Source of the DNA: a virus
Lineage: Duplodnaviria > Caudoviricetes
Reading direction: 5' to 3' (one strand)
Virus record (IMG/VR): IMGVR_UViG_3300044842_000287
Coordinates: 6,514 to 70,513 of that record
DNA length: 64,000 nucleotides
Shown here: piece after piece, positions 46,059 to 55,540 of the stretch
Position numbering within the stretch: position 1 is the stretch's first letter
How the letters are laid out: each line of letters begins with the position of its first letter
Translations under genes and position numbers: made by a program
The notes under the pieces: generated by a model
What the model saw: only the letters and a program-made list of their open reading frames with translations
Database searches by the model: none
Told to the model about the DNA's origin: nothing

Positions 46059-47702
46059 TTATTTAGCGCGGTCGATCTGGTAACGCACGATCGCGTCTTT
46101 CTTCGTGACGATCAGCGGCAGGAAGCAGCCGCCGGCGACGTTGGCACGCACACCCACCACCGCTTGCTGACCCGGTTCCAGCGGGGTCATCGACTTGGTA
46201 CGGAAGAACGATTCCATCACCGAACGCACTTCGTGCAGTTCTTCACGGAAGGTTTCCGGGAACATCGGCGTCGAACGGATCACCGTGTCACGACCGCCAG
46301 CGAACACGAACACGGTGTTGTACTTGCCGAATGCCGTCGCGTCGTCACGGTTCCAGGATTCCGGATCGCTGACGATGGCAACGATTTCCGGCTTTTCTTC
46401 CAGGCCCCACAGTTGCAGCGGCGAGCCGTCGACGTAGACGTAACCGGAGACCGGGTTGCGGTTTTCCGGATCGTCCCAGCGCAGAATCGGTTTGGCATCC
46501 GCATGCACCGCCGTGACGAACGAGGTGATGTTGTAGTGGGTACCATGGCGGCCGTCGAAGCGGATGGACTCGGCTTGCGGCAGCACTTCCTGCATGAAGC
46601 GTTCCAGCGTGATCGGACCGTAGTTGATTTCCGGCAGCTTGGGCGCCGCCGACTTTTCTTCCTTGGTCTTCAGGTGACCGAACAGCGACGGTTTTTCGTC
46701 GGTCTCGGCGGGTGCCGGTTTTTCCCAGACCTTGCCGCGCAGTTCCGGATGGGTCAGGGGACGACGTTCCAGCGACGGTGCCAGTTCCAGCTTTTCGAAG
46801 ATGGTTTCGGCACGTTTGATCGTGCCGGCCTTCGGCGCCGCTTTCGGACGCATGAAGTTGTCACCCTTGATCATGTCCAGGAACTTACCCGTGGCCGCAT
46901 CGTAGCTGTCGCCGCCGATGATGTTCTTGATGAACTTGCCGATCGGGCTGTTTTTGATGTCGACACGGCCCGGGGACTGGGTAGCGACTTGCAGCCAGGT
47001 GTACGGGCCTTTCTGGTCTTTCGGCAGGCCGTCACGGATGCGCTTGAATTCAGCCAGCCATTCGATGTGGCCGACCCATTTGGTCAGGTCTTTCAGGCGA
47101 CGATCGTTCTGGAAGAACGCGGTGACCTGGTTGATGACGGTGCCGTCGGTCGTGCCGATGAACTTGGACAGGTTGCTGTACGCTTGGACTTCGTCGGCGA
47201 TGATCTCGTGCGGTTGTTTCAGCTCGTGCTCGAAGATCTGGGCGTTGTTCACCGCGAAGTGATGGAAACCGCCTTGTTCTTCGACGCCCAGCTGTTCCAG
47301 GTTGGACAGGAAGTGGTAGTTGATCTTCGACGATTCGACCAGCTTGCGCATGGCCTCGATGGCGTCAGCGAAGATCGGGTTGGCGACCGAGTCGTCGTTC
47401 GTCCACAGGACCGATTCCAGTTGACCGAAGGTGGCCGGATCGGTCGACATGCGCACCAGGCCGCCGAAGCGGGTCAGGAAGCCGCGGCAGCATGAGCAGT
47501 TCATCTGCTGGCGGTGTTGTTCCGGCAGGGCGTTCAGGTAGGTCTCGAACAGTTTGCCTTTGGGCAGGTCGACACGGAAGATCGGGTCCTTGTCGTTGAC
47601 GCGGCGGGCGTAGGTGGCTTGGGCTTGGGCCGAGATCGACGCGAACAGGGTCGGATCGTAGACGGCTTGTACTTCGCTGGTGTGTGCCAGAGTTTCAGAC
47701 AT
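46059..47702 (-). CDS. Conserved large-phage protein, unknown function, highly expressed codon pattern
   Basis: 547 aa; LF..YL..LP..HRQQMNCSCCR.F..RFGGLV motif; MCP-like C-ending codons. Confidence 0.7.
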   Translation of the reverse strand: MSETLAHTSEVQAVYDPTLFASISAQAQATYARRVNDKDPIFRVDLPKGKLFETYLNALPEQHRQQMNCSCCRGFLTRFGGLVRMSTDPATFGQLESVLWTNDDSVANPIFADAIEAMRKLVESSKINYHFLSNLEQLGVEEQGGFHHFAVNNAQIFEHELKQPHEIIADEVQAYSNLSKFIGTTDGTVINQVTAFFQNDRRLKDLTKWVGHIEWLAEFKRIRDGLPKDQKGPYTWLQVATQSPGRVDIKNSPIGKFIKNIIGGDSYDAATGKFLDMIKGDNFMRPKAAPKAGTIKRAETIFEKLELAPSLERRPLTHPELRGKVWEKPAPAETDEKPSLFGHLKTKEEKSAAPKLPEINYGPITLERFMQEVLPQAESIRFDGRHGTHYNITSFVTAVHADAKPILRWDDPENRNPVSGYVYVDGSPLQLWGLEEKPEIVAIVSDPESWNRDDATAFGKYNTVFVFAGGRDTVIRSTPMFPETFREELHEVRSVMESFFRTKSMTPLEPGQQAVVGVRANVAGGCFLPLIVTKKDAIVRYQIDRAK

Positions 47703-47732
47703 GCTTGTTCCTTTGTATAGTTGTTGATTGAT

Positions 47733-48758
47733 TTACTGCTCGGGTGTTGCTTGGACTGCTTTGATGAACGCTTCGATCTGCTCGGGCGTCTGTTCAATCA
47801 CCCATGCTTCGAAGTCTTCGTGCTGCTTACGGCAGCGTTCCATGAACGTACCGAGAAGCTTGCCGGACAAACCGGTGTGTTGACGCACCAGGTCGCCGTT
47901 CCATTTCTGCTTGGCCTGGAGGTGCCGTCTTTGTTTCACACAAGCTTGGTAACACTTATCTTCATAGTCTGGAAAAGTTTTGAAGGCTTCTACTTGCCAA
48001 TGAGTGCGTTCAGCAACACGTGCTTCAGTGACGATATCGCCGGTGTAAGCCGACCACTCGTACTTGTCGTACTGCGGTTTGTCTTCCAGCCACTTCAGGA
48101 ACCGGTTGTAGCTGTCACGCTTCTTGTCACGGATGCGTGCCACGTGGTTCATGTTGTCGAACTGGTAGATCCGGCGATGGAAATAGGGCGTGGAAGTGGC
48201 GAACTCGAACACGTCTTCCAGCGTCTTGAAGCCTTGCTGCCAACGCTGATAGTCGTAGCCGAGGAACGCGAACACTTCGGCCGGGTCCATGCTGACGCAA
48301 ACGTCCGCGTACTTGTGCCCCTTAGGGTCACGCAGCATTTTCCACAGACCATCATGCCCGTACTTGAAACCCATTTTGTGCGCAATCCGACCCATGAAGT
48401 TACCCAGGTCGTTGAATGCGAAATAGGTGTACGCGAACTCGTACTCGGCCGCAGGCGCCGTGATCAGGTCGATTTGCATGCCTTTGTAGTCGAGCGACAG
48501 CACACCGCCATTGGAGATCATGTCCTGCGGTTGGAATTCCTGCCGGACGAGGTCATGCCAATTCGGCGGGAGGTCATCCGACTTCAGCAGGATGTCGCAG
48601 TCACCGAACGTTTCTTTGCTCGCATATGCGAGAATCGGCTGCGCGTGGCACTTGGGGAACAAACGCCCCAGAGCGCCACACACGAAGCCGCTGATGAAGA
48701 GGTAGTCTTCGCGCGATTTGCGTTCCACCCCCACGTGTTTAAGAGCATTGCCGCCCAT
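47733..48758 (-). CDS. Pol-beta superfamily nucleotidyltransferase-like protein
   Basis: MGGNAL start; KETFGDCDIL (GDxD); third acidic residue in QIDLI; NDLGN. Confidence 0.6.
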   Translation of the reverse strand: MGGNALKHVGVERKSREDYLFISGFVCGALGRLFPKCHAQPILAYASKETFGDCDILLKSDDLPPNWHDLVRQEFQPQDMISNGGVLSLDYKGMQIDLITAPAAEYEFAYTYFAFNDLGNFMGRIAHKMGFKYGHDGLWKMLRDPKGHKYADVCVSMDPAEVFAFLGYDYQRWQQGFKTLEDVFEFATSTPYFHRRIYQFDNMNHVARIRDKKRDSYNRFLKWLEDKPQYDKYEWSAYTGDIVTEARVAERTHWQVEAFKTFPDYEDKCYQACVKQRRHLQAKQKWNGDLVRQHTGLSGKLLGTFMERCRKQHEDFEAWVIEQTPEQIEAFIKAVQATPEQ

Positions 48759-48778
48759 GTTTGGTTCCTTTCATTGTT

Positions 48779-49849
48779 TTATACCAAGCCCTGCGCCTTG
48801 AGGTGCTCGATGAACCAGTAGCGGGCCTTTGTGGAGATGGGTGCGCCGAGTTTCTTCGGATCGAGCTGGCTTGCTGTCATCAGCGGTTCTTCTTCCTTGA
48901 TGATGTCGTTGTACACCCAGCGTGCGAAATCGCCTTGGCTGGTGATCGCCAGCGGTTTTTGCATTTCGCGCTGAAGCACATGTAGCGCCTGTTGTAACCT
49001 GGCCTCCGTTACGGTCGCAGCGACGAAGTCTTCCAGTGCCTTGACGGCTTCCAGATCGACCGGCGCCAGTTCTTTGCGTTTGGTCTTGGCATGTTGCTGA
49101 CCCACGACTTTGAAACTGAACTGGTACGGGTCCCACCCTTCTGCTTGGCAAGTCCAGACCACACCTTCACCGATGCCTTCGATACCGAAGTATTTAGCGG
49201 CTGGGCAGAGTGCCTCAACTGCCGTGGTGATATCAGCCAGATCGTTCTGGAAGATCTTCGGCCGTTCGAAATCGATCTCGAAGTTCCACTGGCCGAAACG
49301 CAACGTGTTGTAGATGCGGTCTTCCGGGAAGTCGAGATCCTTGATCTTCTCGATATCGAACCAGTGGCCGGCATGACTGCCGTCTTTGTTCTTACCCTTC
49401 ACCACCTTCACGGCGAAAATGCAGAACATCTTGGGTAGCTGCTTCAGGGCAATTTGCCCTTTCTGGATCTCGCCGCCACACCACTCACCATAAATGGCGA
49501 TGTATTCCGGATCGTTCGTTTGTTGGTCCAGCACAGCGTTGGCGATCTGTCGCATTTGATCGGATTTGCTGACCATGTAGTTCATGAAGTCGAACAGATC
49601 GTCATCGAGGGTTACTACACGGTCCCGCGATTGATACGACAGTTCGCCGGTAGCGACATTCAGCACAACTGCAGCGTTGGTGCCGTGGAGCTTGGGGGTC
49701 CCACGAAACATCAGTTTGGGGCGGGGTACCGTGTAGGGGTGATACGTGTCGTTCCCGTTGTCGTCCTTGCCCGCGTACTGCATGCGCTCACCCACATAAC
49801 GCACCACATCGGTATATTGACGGATGCTGGGGAAACCAATGTGTTCCAT
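48779..49849 (-). CDS. Rnl2-like ATP-dependent RNA ligase
   Basis: Motif I KLHGTN; QSRDR; motif III YGEWCG; FCIFAV; motif IV GEGVVW; motif V FSFK. Confidence 0.75.
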   Translation of the reverse strand: MEHIGFPSIRQYTDVVRYVGERMQYAGKDDNGNDTYHPYTVPRPKLMFRGTPKLHGTNAAVVLNVATGELSYQSRDRVVTLDDDLFDFMNYMVSKSDQMRQIANAVLDQQTNDPEYIAIYGEWCGGEIQKGQIALKQLPKMFCIFAVKVVKGKNKDGSHAGHWFDIEKIKDLDFPEDRIYNTLRFGQWNFEIDFERPKIFQNDLADITTAVEALCPAAKYFGIEGIGEGVVWTCQAEGWDPYQFSFKVVGQQHAKTKRKELAPVDLEAVKALEDFVAATVTEARLQQALHVLQREMQKPLAITSQGDFARWVYNDIIKEEEPLMTASQLDPKKLGAPISTKARYWFIEHLKAQGLV

Positions 49850-49860
49850 GTGTTCCTTTC

Positions 49861-51111
49861 TTAGTTATAGTTCTGTTGGCGTTCGAACGCCTTGATGGCC
49901 CTAGCCCTAGCCGCGTGCATACTGACCGCGATGTATTCGGGGCGATCGGCGAACTGCTTCGCGATTTCATCACCCTTGACTTGGCGGGCAGCCCACAACG
50001 CGCCACTCAGCCGCATAGCTTGCGGATAGTCAATATTTTCGAAACTGACAGTCTCCGACTTACGACCACGTGCGTCGCACAAGCACGCTTGCAGGATGTA
50101 CTGGAAGCGATCCGGATTACGGAACGCATCGCAATGACGCAGCAACTTCACCACGGTCGTGTGCTTGACTTGCATGATTTTGTGGATCACGCCATGCCAC
50201 GTGGTAGTTTGGATCGCGATCCGGGCGAGGGTACTCGGTACATTCAGCCGGATGCAGGCGTTGGCCACCAGATCCGCCCCTGCGCCTTCGTGGCCATGAT
50301 GAGCTGGTAATGTGTCTTTCGGGGATAACGCTTTTCCGACGTCATGCATCAGGCAGGCGAACCGTACTTCGAGGCCGAAGTTCTGGCTGGCGGCGTAGTC
50401 GAGCACCTGTTCGATGTGAACACCCGTGTCGATCTCTGGATGATACTTCTCCGGCTGCGGCACGCCATACAGAACAGCAACTTCCGGTAAAATCTTTTTC
50501 AACGCCCCTACTGTCTTTAGGACTTGCAGCATCCGTGATGGCTTTTGTTCCATCAGACCGCGCGACAGTTCTTTCCAGACACGTTCTGGTACAAGGTTGT
50601 CCAACATGCCGTCACGAACGAGATGCGCCATGGTGCGTAGCGTCTCACCCTCAATCCGAAAGTCAGGATAACGTGCCGCGAAGCGAGCCACGCGAAGAAC
50701 CCGGATCGGATCTTCTTTGAATGATTCGGCACTCACCATCCGCAACACCTTGTTGAGCAGATCGTCATAACCGAAGTACGGATCGATGAGCTGAAAGGCG
50801 TTGGCGTTTACGGAAGCACCAATGTCCATCGCCATGGCGTTGATGGTCAGATCGCGTTTACCGAGATCTTCTTCGATAGTGACTTCCGGGCCAAAATCTG
50901 CGTTCCCGTTTTTGCGGGAACGACGTGCAAGAGAATATTCTGCATTGTCATCCCCACTTCGAATAAAGATCGGGAAATCCTTACCGACTTGGCGAAACCC
51001 TTGGCTGAGCATTTCTTCCGGAGTCGATCCCGTGATCACCACGTCAATATCTTTCGACTCAACTCCGAGGAGTCTATCGCGGACTGCGCCGCCAACCCAA
51101 TATGCCCTCAT
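49861..51111 (-). CDS. cca: Class II tRNA nucleotidyltransferase with HD domain (multifunctional CCA type)
   Basis: VGGAVRD..LG, DIDVV, VGKDFP, EEDLGKRDLTINA, EDPIRVLRVARF, ERVWKEL; HD domain HPEIDTG.H and HDVGK. Confidence 0.9.
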   Translation of the reverse strand: MRAYWVGGAVRDRLLGVESKDIDVVITGSTPEEMLSQGFRQVGKDFPIFIRSGDDNAEYSLARRSRKNGNADFGPEVTIEEDLGKRDLTINAMAMDIGASVNANAFQLIDPYFGYDDLLNKVLRMVSAESFKEDPIRVLRVARFAARYPDFRIEGETLRTMAHLVRDGMLDNLVPERVWKELSRGLMEQKPSRMLQVLKTVGALKKILPEVAVLYGVPQPEKYHPEIDTGVHIEQVLDYAASQNFGLEVRFACLMHDVGKALSPKDTLPAHHGHEGAGADLVANACIRLNVPSTLARIAIQTTTWHGVIHKIMQVKHTTVVKLLRHCDAFRNPDRFQYILQACLCDARGRKSETVSFENIDYPQAMRLSGALWAARQVKGDEIAKQFADRPEYIAVSMHAARARAIKAFERQQNYN

Positions 51112-51125
51112 GTGTTATTCCTTTC

Positions 51126-51854
51126 TTATACAGTTGGCGCTTTCCGCACCGGCTTTCGTGTACGTGCCGGCTTGATTGCAGCTTTGATTTCATTCGCTCT
51201 GACAGCTTCCTTACCCGTCTTGAAGATTTCAACTGCGCCCGTCAAAAGGCGGGCGGGGTCCTTCTTCTCGTAGACGTTCAGCTTGAGAGGTGTGACCGCG
51301 AGATTGATCTCATGAATAAGACCGCCGACCGATTTGTCTTTGGCCATGACCAGATTAATGATCGCGGCGGCGGAAGCGTCAGGCATGAGCGTGTTGAGCC
51401 AATCAGCAACATCCGGGCAAGCGCCGATAGCGACGAAGCCGTCCTTGGCCCCTTTCTCGACTTCCAAGTTACCTTTCTTGGGGATACGTACAACGTAGTT
51501 AGCATCTTCGCAACAGATCAGGAAGGATGACGTTTGGCTGTGCTCGGCCGCCGGACCATGAAAAGCCATGTGGTTACGATACGCTTCTTCCAGATCTTTG
51601 CCCTCCATTATCAGTGCCACCAGACGTTTGGAAAGCGATCGATTACCCGCTTGACCAATGGCGAGAATCTTACTTCCTCGAAATTTGAGATCTTTGTCGG
51701 GTGACGGGAACGTGATTTTGTTCCCCTTATCATCCACCACCTGTGCTACTTCGCCGCAATGCGCACACGTTTCACCGCTTTCACGGTGGGAATGAGAGAA
51801 TGTGCCGCGCGTGTCAGCGGCGAGCATGTTGTTCTTATAAACGATGAGGGTCAT
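51126..51854 (-). CDS. HslV/proteasome-like Ntn hydrolase
   Basis: Thr at residue 2, LAAD, K in GNKI, IGQAG; AIGAC in place of the usual IGSG. Confidence 0.55.
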   Translation of the reverse strand: MTLIVYKNNMLAADTRGTFSHSHRESGETCAHCGEVAQVVDDKGNKITFPSPDKDLKFRGSKILAIGQAGNRSLSKRLVALIMEGKDLEEAYRNHMAFHGPAAEHSQTSSFLICCEDANYVVRIPKKGNLEVEKGAKDGFVAIGACPDVADWLNTLMPDASAAAIINLVMAKDKSVGGLIHEINLAVTPLKLNVYEKKDPARLLTGAVEIFKTGKEAVRANEIKAAIKPARTRKPVRKAPTV

Positions 51855-51872
51855 TGTGATATCCTTGCGTTA

Positions 51873-52670
51873 TTAGTTATCGAGGTACGGATTGATGCGA
51901 CGATGTCCTGATGGATCTGACTTGGGAATCAAGGGTTGGTCAAGGAACTCTTCGATGTTGATCGTGGTGGTAAACTGGCTCAGCTGATCACTCAACATCC
52001 GACCAGCTTTTTCTATCGCGACGAGTCTTCGCAGTGTCGAATTTTTGATATTCGATTCTTGTTCCATTTCGTCTATCAACTTATCCAACCGCGAACGATG
52101 TTTCTCATCGTACAGTTTTTCGGGCGTTACAGCTTGATACGAGAAATGCGTGCGGGTAGCATAGATATGCTTCCGAATACCTTCGTGGTACGCGGCATGG
52201 TTCCACGGTTGTTGCCAACGTGGATCACGCTTCGTTGCTTCAAGCTCTTGCAACGGCGTAGCGCGAACAAGCATCTGTTGCGCTTGAGACACTTTCACCA
52301 CTCTACGCTTATCCCGACGCGCTTGCTCGTACTCCTCTTCTGTGAATGTCTTCACCCTGACATACACACCACCTTGCATTTCGTAGCCAGCACTCAACAT
52401 CTTGCGATGGTGTTTGGCCATCTCCTGCTGACGTTCCACACGAGAGAGCTTGGGTAGGTTATACAGCACCGTCAAGAACAGCGCCGCCATCTCATCCACG
52501 ATCGGTTCGTCGGGGATCTCATCGACTTGGAAACCGTAGCGATTGGTTGCGTTAAGAAATGCCGCTTGGTGCTCACCCAAACTTACTGGGCGACGATATG
52601 CGGTCAGCTGCGGGGGCGCTGGTTGGGGTGGCAAAAACGTATACTTCATCTCAACCTCCGGGTTGGCCAA
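51873..52670 (-). CDS. Hypothetical protein
   Basis: 265 aa; overlaps the upstream gene end. Confidence 0.55.
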   Translation of the reverse strand: MANPEVEMKYTFLPPQPAPPQLTAYRRPVSLGEHQAAFLNATNRYGFQVDEIPDEPIVDEMAALFLTVLYNLPKLSRVERQQEMAKHHRKMLSAGYEMQGGVYVRVKTFTEEEYEQARRDKRRVVKVSQAQQMLVRATPLQELEATKRDPRWQQPWNHAAYHEGIRKHIYATRTHFSYQAVTPEKLYDEKHRSRLDKLIDEMEQESNIKNSTLRRLVAIEKAGRMLSDQLSQFTTTINIEEFLDQPLIPKSDPSGHRRINPYLDN

Positions 52671-53184
52671 TTGTCGAGACCGCTTTGATGGAACTTTCCC
52701 GCAGCTGCTTCAGGAAAGCGATGTCCTCCGGTGTTTCCGGATAAGCGCGGCCGTACTTCATGCTGACGATGCGCGGATGAACGATGATGTAGGTTACGCC
52801 GTCGAACGTATGGCCGTTGTCTTGCAGTTCTTTCTCTACGTCCTCGATCGTGGCGTAAGTGCCCTGAGTGCCGCTGGTGGAGAACAGAACCCAGTTCTCG
52901 GGATCAGCCTCGCCTTTAGGAAACATGAGTCGCAGGGCGTCCATGGAATCCGAATTGTCGCAGATTTGGAAGACATGGCCGCGCGGGTCGCTAGAAGCAT
53001 TCGACGATCTAGCTTCAAGGAAGACGTTCATGGGAAGCGGCGTCGGTCGCCCCAGACGTTTGTTTTCCTTGCGGATATGGCTGCGGCTGCAAATGCATTC
53101 GTCGTCCGATTCACCGCCGCCGGGTTGCAGGCAGGAGCGTTCGTGTTGGAAATACGACGGGCCTTCGTTTACTGTGTTGCTCAT
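52651..53184 (-). CDS. Hypothetical protein
   Basis: 177 aa; NWVLFSTSGTQGTY motif; SD AAGGA plus leader motif. Confidence 0.6.
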   Translation of the reverse strand: MSNTVNEGPSYFQHERSCLQPGGGESDDECICSRSHIRKENKRLGRPTPLPMNVFLEARSSNASSDPRGHVFQICDNSDSMDALRLMFPKGEADPENWVLFSTSGTQGTYATIEDVEKELQDNGHTFDGVTYIIVHPRIVSMKYGRAYPETPEDIAFLKQLRESSIKAVSTIGQPGG

Positions 53185-53211
53185 GGTGATATCCTTTTCT
53201 TGTTGGTTATG

Positions 53212-53460
53212 TTAACCGCGAGTGAACATCGTTTCGATGGTGTCGGGTCGAGCCGGGATGAGTTCGCAATCCTGCATACCCCACAGCTGTTTCACTGCGG
53301 CTATGATTTCCTTTTCATCCGACGGATGGGTCGTCGCGAGGGTATCCCACCCATAAGGACTCATGGTTGTGTAGTTCGTGCTCCGAAACCAGATGGTTGT
53401 AACGATCCTTTTTTCGATTTCGAATTTCGTGATGCGGTACTCGTATTCTTTATCAGCCAT
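53212..53460 (-). CDS. Hypothetical protein
   Basis: Start reassigned to MADKEYEY (SD GGAGGA). Confidence 0.55.
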   Translation of the reverse strand: MADKEYEYRITKFEIEKRIVTTIWFRSTNYTTMSPYGWDTLATTHPSDEKEIIAAVKQLWGMQDCELIPARPDTIETMFTRG

Positions 53461-53776
53461 GGCTATCCTCCGAGGAACGCATTTCCACTTCAATACCTTC
53501 TGGAAGATCTGTCTCTTCCAAGTTTTCCAGCTGGACACCGAAAACACCATGTCCTGTGAAAAAGCGGCCCTTGTTAAAACGAGGATCGACAAAAACCTTA
53601 ACGGTGCCGTCTTCATCGTAGGACACAATCGTCACTAACTGTCCCGTGTTTTTGAGCTTATAAAGACGATTGCCAGGATGAGACTTACACATCGTTTGAA
53701 TAACTTCGGGGCGGCTTGCCACCCACGCATCCCATTGTTTCTGAAGACCTTCGTCGTAATGAACAAATTCAGCCAC
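53453..53776 (-). CDS. Hypothetical protein (SH3/KOW-like beta pattern)
   Basis: GTG start after GAGGAG; PGNRLYKLKNTGQLVTIVSYDEDGTVKV. Confidence 0.5.
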   Translation of the reverse strand: MAEFVHYDEGLQKQWDAWVASRPEVIQTMCKSHPGNRLYKLKNTGQLVTIVSYDEDGTVKVFVDPRFNKGRFFTGHGVFGVQLENLEETDLPEGIEVEMRSSEDSHG

Positions 53777-54206
53777 GTCGATTCTCCTCAATTTGGTGTT
53801 CCATTACGAAGCGTTTAAAGTCTTCGTCTGGCAGTACGTTGTGGTCACGCAGGTAATGGATATATCCTTGCGGCCAAATCCAGCCACCGTAATGGTATTC
53901 CCGCGAACCATTTGACTGATCACAGATACGACATGGCGAGTAACCGCGGTATGCCACCACCGTCGTATCTTTGGGCATCTCGGGATACGGCAGGCTGCGA
54001 TCTTCCGAGCGAGCGATCAGTGCAGTATTGTAACGATCGATTTGTGCTTGATAGGCACTCATCAACGGAACTTCGATGCTCATGAGCTTTGCGATGAATT
54101 CCGCTTGACCATTCCATGGTTCCGGGTTAGCCACCGGCATTGGCCGATGCTTGTCTTCGTAATCGTTATACCAGAATCCTACTTCGCGCGCAGTTGCTTC
54201 GCTCAT
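53769..54206 (-). CDS. Putative Zn-binding hypothetical protein
   Basis: YRGYSPCRIC..NGSREY...W.WP.GY.HYL..HNV motif; start reassigned (SD AAAGGA). Confidence 0.6.
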   Translation of the reverse strand: MSEATAREVGFWYNDYEDKHRPMPVANPEPWNGQAEFIAKLMSIEVPLMSAYQAQIDRYNTALIARSEDRSLPYPEMPKDTTVVAYRGYSPCRICDQSNGSREYHYGGWIWPQGYIHYLRDHNVLPDEDFKRFVMEHQIEENRRG

Positions 54207-54256
54207 TGTGATGTCCTTTCGGGCGGCTCTTAGGCCGCCTCGTATGCCGTTGTAAA

Positions 54257-55480
54257 TTAGCCTTTCACGCAGACCACTTGACGCAACGTGTAGACGACCT
54301 CCACCAGATCGCTCTGGGCTTCCATCACGGCGTCGATGTCTTTGTAGGCCATCGGGATCTCGTCGATCACGTCCGCATCTTTTCGGCACTCGATACCTTC
54401 AGTGGCGCGAATTTGATCTTCCACCGTAAAAGTCTTCTTCGCTTCGGTGCGGCTCATTTTGCGACCGGCCCCGTGTGAACAGCTGTCGAACGATTCCGGG
54501 TTGCCTTTACCGCGCACGATGTAGCTCTTGTGGCCCATCGACCCCGGAATGATGCCGAGTTGACCTTCTTTAGCCGAAACGGCGCCTTTACGGGTCAGCA
54601 GAACTTCTTGGCCGAAGTGGGTTTCTTTCTGCACGTAGTTGTGGTGGCAATTGATCGCTTCGATGTGGGTTTCGAAAGGTTTGGTGATCACGGTACGTAA
54701 AGCGTCGATGACGTTACGCATCATCACTTCCCGGTTCATTCGAGCAAACTTCTGTGCCCAACCGACAGCTTCAACGTAATCGTCGTAATGTTGGGTACCT
54801 TCTTTTAGGTAGGCAAGATCTTTTTCCGGTACGTTGATATGGTGAACCCGCATGTCTTCTTTGGCCAGTTCGATGAACAACGTACCGATACTGTTGCCGA
54901 CACCGCGCGAACCGGAATGCAACATAATCCAGACGGCTTGTTGTTCATCGAGACACAACTCGATGAAATGGTTGCCGGTACCGAGCGTGCCCAGATGGGT
55001 GACGTTATTGGATTTAGCCAGTCGTGGGTGCTTTTCGACGAGCTTAACGAACTCATCCTTCAACACTTCCCATGCCCGCAACGCATCGATCGGAGGATAG
55101 TTCCATGCGCCACGATCACCACGCCGACCGTCATTGGTGCGACCGTGCGGTACCGCCGCCTCGATAGCGTCACGAATTCCCAGCAGGTTGTCCGGCAGAT
55201 CGCTCGCAGTGAGCGTGGTTTTAGCGGCCATCATACCGCAGCCGATATCGACACCGACAGCGGCTGGGATCACAGCGCCCAACGTCGGGATCACGCTACC
55301 GATGGTCGATCCTTTGCCGAGGTGTACATCCGGCATGACTGCGATGTGTTTGTAGATGAACGGCAGCTGAGCCATCTTGGAGAGCTGGTCTTTGGCTTCG
55401 TCCTCCACCGGGACGCCTTTGGTCCACATCTTGACCGGTGCACCATCTTGGTTGTCGAGCAATTCGTATTTGGTTTCCAT
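54257..55480 (-). CDS. rtcB: RtcB RNA 3'-phosphate/5'-OH ligase
   Basis: MPDVHLGKG, VGVDIGCGM, GTLGTGNHFIE, HSGSRG, CHHNY, PGSMG, SHGAGR, DEIPMAYK. Confidence 0.95.
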   Translation of the reverse strand: METKYELLDNQDGAPVKMWTKGVPVEDEAKDQLSKMAQLPFIYKHIAVMPDVHLGKGSTIGSVIPTLGAVIPAAVGVDIGCGMMAAKTTLTASDLPDNLLGIRDAIEAAVPHGRTNDGRRGDRGAWNYPPIDALRAWEVLKDEFVKLVEKHPRLAKSNNVTHLGTLGTGNHFIELCLDEQQAVWIMLHSGSRGVGNSIGTLFIELAKEDMRVHHINVPEKDLAYLKEGTQHYDDYVEAVGWAQKFARMNREVMMRNVIDALRTVITKPFETHIEAINCHHNYVQKETHFGQEVLLTRKGAVSAKEGQLGIIPGSMGHKSYIVRGKGNPESFDSCSHGAGRKMSRTEAKKTFTVEDQIRATEGIECRKDADVIDEIPMAYKDIDAVMEAQSDLVEVVYTLRQVVCVKG

Positions 55481-55540
55481 GTTGTATCCTTAGTTATTGG
55501 TTATAGATCTCGCTAGGAGCACTGCTCCTAGCGAGGGGTA

